Assembly (NCBI GenBank): GCA_049520575.1 | Contig: JBEKPQ010000004.1 | Coordinates: 5,538-69,537 of the forward strand | Direction of reading: 5' to 3' | Source: Thermodesulfobacteriota bacterium | GTDB taxonomy: Bacteria > Desulfobacterota > RBG-13-43-22 | Length of the DNA: 64,000 bases | In this document: positions 61,891 through 64,000 of the stretch, in pieces | Layout of the letters: each line of letters begins with the position of its first letter | Numbering within the stretch: position 1 is the first letter of the stretch | The notes under the pieces: generated by a model | What the model saw: only the letters and a program-made list of their open reading frames with translations | Told to the model about the DNA's origin: nothing | Databases searched by the model: none | Position numbers and translations under genes: made by a program

Positions 61891-63126
61891 ATGAGTAATG
61901 ATGCTAAGATTTTGGGTGCGTCTGCGAAGAGCGGCAGATGGTGGTTCGTTGTTTTAGGGTTGGTCATGAATCTATGCTTAGGAGCGGTTTATGCTTATAG
62001 CATCTTTCTGAAACCGATCAGGGAAGCCTTTGCTGGAATTTCAGCTTTTCAGGCTAATTTGCCTTTCATGACTTTTCTGGCCTTCTTTTCTATTCTGATG
62101 TTTTTTGGCGGTCGTTTGATGGAAAAGATGGGTCCGCGAAACCTCTCGATCCTCGGCGGTGTTATTGTCGGTCTGGGCTGGTTGCTTTCGAGTTTTGCGC
62201 CCAATATTTGGGTGCTCATTTTAACCTACGGCGTGATTGCCGGATCGGGCGTCGGTCTGGTTTATGGCTGTCCCGTCGCTTTGGGAGGAAGATGGTTTCC
62301 GGATAAAAAAGGTTTGGCTGTCGGTTTGATGCTGGCCGGCTTCGGTGGATCAGCCGCGATTATGGCCCCGATCGCTAATGCCCTAATCCCATCTGTCGGA
62401 TTACCGGCAACCTTCATCTATTTCGGAATCGCCTTTGGAATTATTATTGTTGTCCTGAGTTTGCCTTTTAGATTTCCTGCCGACGGGTGGGTGCCTTCAG
62501 GCTGGAAGCCGGCCGCAGGAGCGGTTGCAGCGGCGGATTTAACGCCGGGCGAAATGGTGAAAACCGGATCATTTTGGGGATTATTTCTTTGTTACATTAT
62601 CGGCTGTATGGCCGGTTTGATGGCCATCGGCATATCCAAACCGGTGGGTAACGAGATCATCAAAATTTCCGGCGCGACGGCCGCCATGTTGGTCAGCGTG
62701 TTCGCCGTTTTCAACTTTTTAGGCCGTCCGCTTTTCGGCTGGCTGACCGATAAGATAAAACCCCGCAATGCTGCCTTGCTCAATCTGTTCATCATTCTCC
62801 TGGTTTCGATTATGATGATTTTTGCCAAAGAGGGTAATAACGGTCTTTACGTGATCGGCTTCATCGGTTTCTGGCTATGCCTGGGTGGCTGGCTGGCGAT
62901 TGCTCCGACCGCCACGGTCATTTTCTTCGGCGCGAAAAATAATGCCCGTAACTATGGCACAGTCTTTTTCGCTTACGGCATAGGCGCCATTATCGGCGGC
63001 CTTATTTCCGGTCAGGCCAAAGATGTGTTCGGAACATACACCTTTGCCTTTTATCCAACGGCGGTGCTCGCGGTTGTCGGGCTTGTACTGGCTTTCGTCT
63101 TGATTAAACCGCCCCAAAAAGCATAA
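61891..63126 (+). CDS. MFS transporter, oxalate:formate antiporter (OFA) family
   Basis: 12 TM segments. N-terminus ...RWWFVVLGLVMNLCLGAVYAYSIF... is typical of OFA/OxlT-like transporters. The ATG at 61891 follows GAGGGGG; the ORF opens at 61876. Confidence 0.75.
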   Translation: MSNDAKILGASAKSGRWWFVVLGLVMNLCLGAVYAYSIFLKPIREAFAGISAFQANLPFMTFLAFFSILMFFGGRLMEKMGPRNLSILGGVIVGLGWLLSSFAPNIWVLILTYGVIAGSGVGLVYGCPVALGGRWFPDKKGLAVGLMLAGFGGSAAIMAPIANALIPSVGLPATFIYFGIAFGIIIVVLSLPFRFPADGWVPSGWKPAAGAVAAADLTPGEMVKTGSFWGLFLCYIIGCMAGLMAIGISKPVGNEIIKISGATAAMLVSVFAVFNFLGRPLFGWLTDKIKPRNAALLNLFIILLVSIMMIFAKEGNNGLYVIGFIGFWLCLGGWLAIAPTATVIFFGAKNNARNYGTVFFAYGIGAIIGGLISGQAKDVFGTYTFAFYPTAVLAVVGLVLAFVLIKPPQKA

Positions 63127-63164
63127 ACACCATTGAAATTTTGATAGACTGTTTTGAAGTAAAA

Positions 63165-63204
63165 AAAGGCCCTTCAGCCTAAAAATTGAAGGGTCTTTTT
63201 TTTC
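63165..63204 (+). terminator. Rho-independent terminator after the MFS gene
   Basis: Stem cccttca (63169-63175) pairs with tgaaggg (63187-63193), loop gcctaaaaat, followed by T9 (63196-63204). Confidence 0.6.
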
Positions 63205-63423
63205 ATCAACCCAAACAAACTGAATCTGGTCAGCTAAATCAGGTTTTTATCCTTGACCCCTTGCCCACCTTCTTTTATACTCCAAACGTCCTCAAATAAC
63301 CCTCATCCAAAGATCAATGGGATTTTCTGGAAGGAATCGAAAAAACAATAGATGGAATACGGGGAAGGCCTTCCCCAGAAAAAAAAGGAACTGAAAGTAG
63401 TTTTCAATAAGGAGGTAATCGGG

Positions 63424-64000
63424 TGATAGGAAGAAATGTAAAAACCAATTTTAGTGCCAAATCAGTAAAACCGGTCATAGACAAAACCACCTATGTTCAC
63501 CCACTGGCAGCCGTCATTGGGAATGTGACTCTGGGAAAACATATCATGGTGTCGCCCACAGCCTCAATCAGAGGCGATGAAGGGCAGCCCTTTTATATCG
63601 GCGATGATTCCAATGTTCAGGATGGGGTAGTGATTCATGCCCTGGAGACGGAAACCGACGGCCGGCCGGTCGAGAAAAATTTATATGAAATTAAAGGTAA
63701 ACAATACGCCGTGTATGTCGGCAGCCGCGTTTCCCTGGCCCATCAGTCACAGGTCCACGGCCCTGCCGTTGTACTGGATGACACTTTTGTCGGTATGAAG
63801 GCCCTTGTATTTCGCTCCTTTGTCGGAGAAGGCTGCGTGATTGAACCGGGGGCGATGGTTATCGGTGTAAAGGTCCCACCCTCCCGCTATGTCCCCGCAG
63901 GTGCCGTTGTCAACAACCAGGAACAGGCGGATAAGCTACCTCGGGTTACCGAGGATTACCCCATGAAAAATATGAACAAAGGGGTGATCCACGTCAATAC
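63424..64000 (+). CDS. Gamma-carbonic-anhydrase/left-handed beta-helix family protein, 5' portion (runs off the window)
   Basis: GTG start 9 nt after AAGGAGG. ...PLAAVIGNVTLGKHIMVSPTASIRGDEGQPFYIGDDSNVQDGVVIHA... shows the hexapeptide-repeat pattern and the His region of gamma-class CA and related proteins. No stop before 64000. Confidence 0.55.

Overview
This 64-kb window is chromosomal DNA with moderate GC and dense coding on both strands. The gene content suggests an anaerobic deltaproteobacterium-like (Desulfobacterota-like) organism: a D-Tyr-tRNA deacylase, TrmFO, SelB, FdhD, a tungsten-type aldehyde:ferredoxin oxidoreductase, a NuoEF-like module and an oxalate/formate-family MFS transporter. 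This taxonomic guess is inference only.

Main blocks:
- 1-20.7 kb is housekeeping: an FAD-linked oxidase 3' end, a J-domain protein with a PflX-type radical-SAM protein, Usp, an isochorismatase-family hydrolase, a tandem-fused family-III CoA-transferase, YggS, Maf, TatD, FabH, QueA-Tgt-YajC, DprA, TopA, TrmFO, a GT9 heptosyltransferase and Dtd.
- 20.8-36 kb is accessory-like. It holds a secreted papain-like protein, a 1-kb AT-rich non-coding island, a Phd/VapC toxin-antitoxin pair, and a near-complete type II secretion cluster (gspE-F-H-I-J-K-L-M-C-like, gspD inverted on the minus strand, gspG, then a Thr/Gly-rich lipoprotein).
- 36.5-49.8 kb carries IspB-like polyprenyl synthase, a small HExxH protein, MBL/DUF2156/PHP genes, Hsp20-Lon, SelB, a frameshifted ubiE/menG, CMD, an alpha/beta hydrolase and GreA.
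- 49.9-64 kb is a tungsten/redox island: FdhD, MoaD-like, AOR, an unknown ORF, MobA-like, FmdE-like, a ModABC/TupABC-like transporter, then NuoE-like, an HndB-like ferredoxin, a 1018-aa NuoF::GltD fusion, an OFA transporter and a gamma-carbonic-anhydrase-like 5' end.

The non-genic structure is the most novel-looking part:
- A ~150-bp MITE/REP-like element with terminal inverted repeats is present in four copies, all placed exactly at gene boundaries.
- Heptamer (ctggatg/catccag) arrays form long imperfect hairpins at three loci.
- Short octamer/heptamer tandem motifs (cgaatcct, ccgcaat) recur in intergenic DNA.
- A 200-bp hairpin-rich duplicated spacer lies inside the pseudopilin operon.

I found no CRISPR array, rRNA or convincing tRNA by eye.
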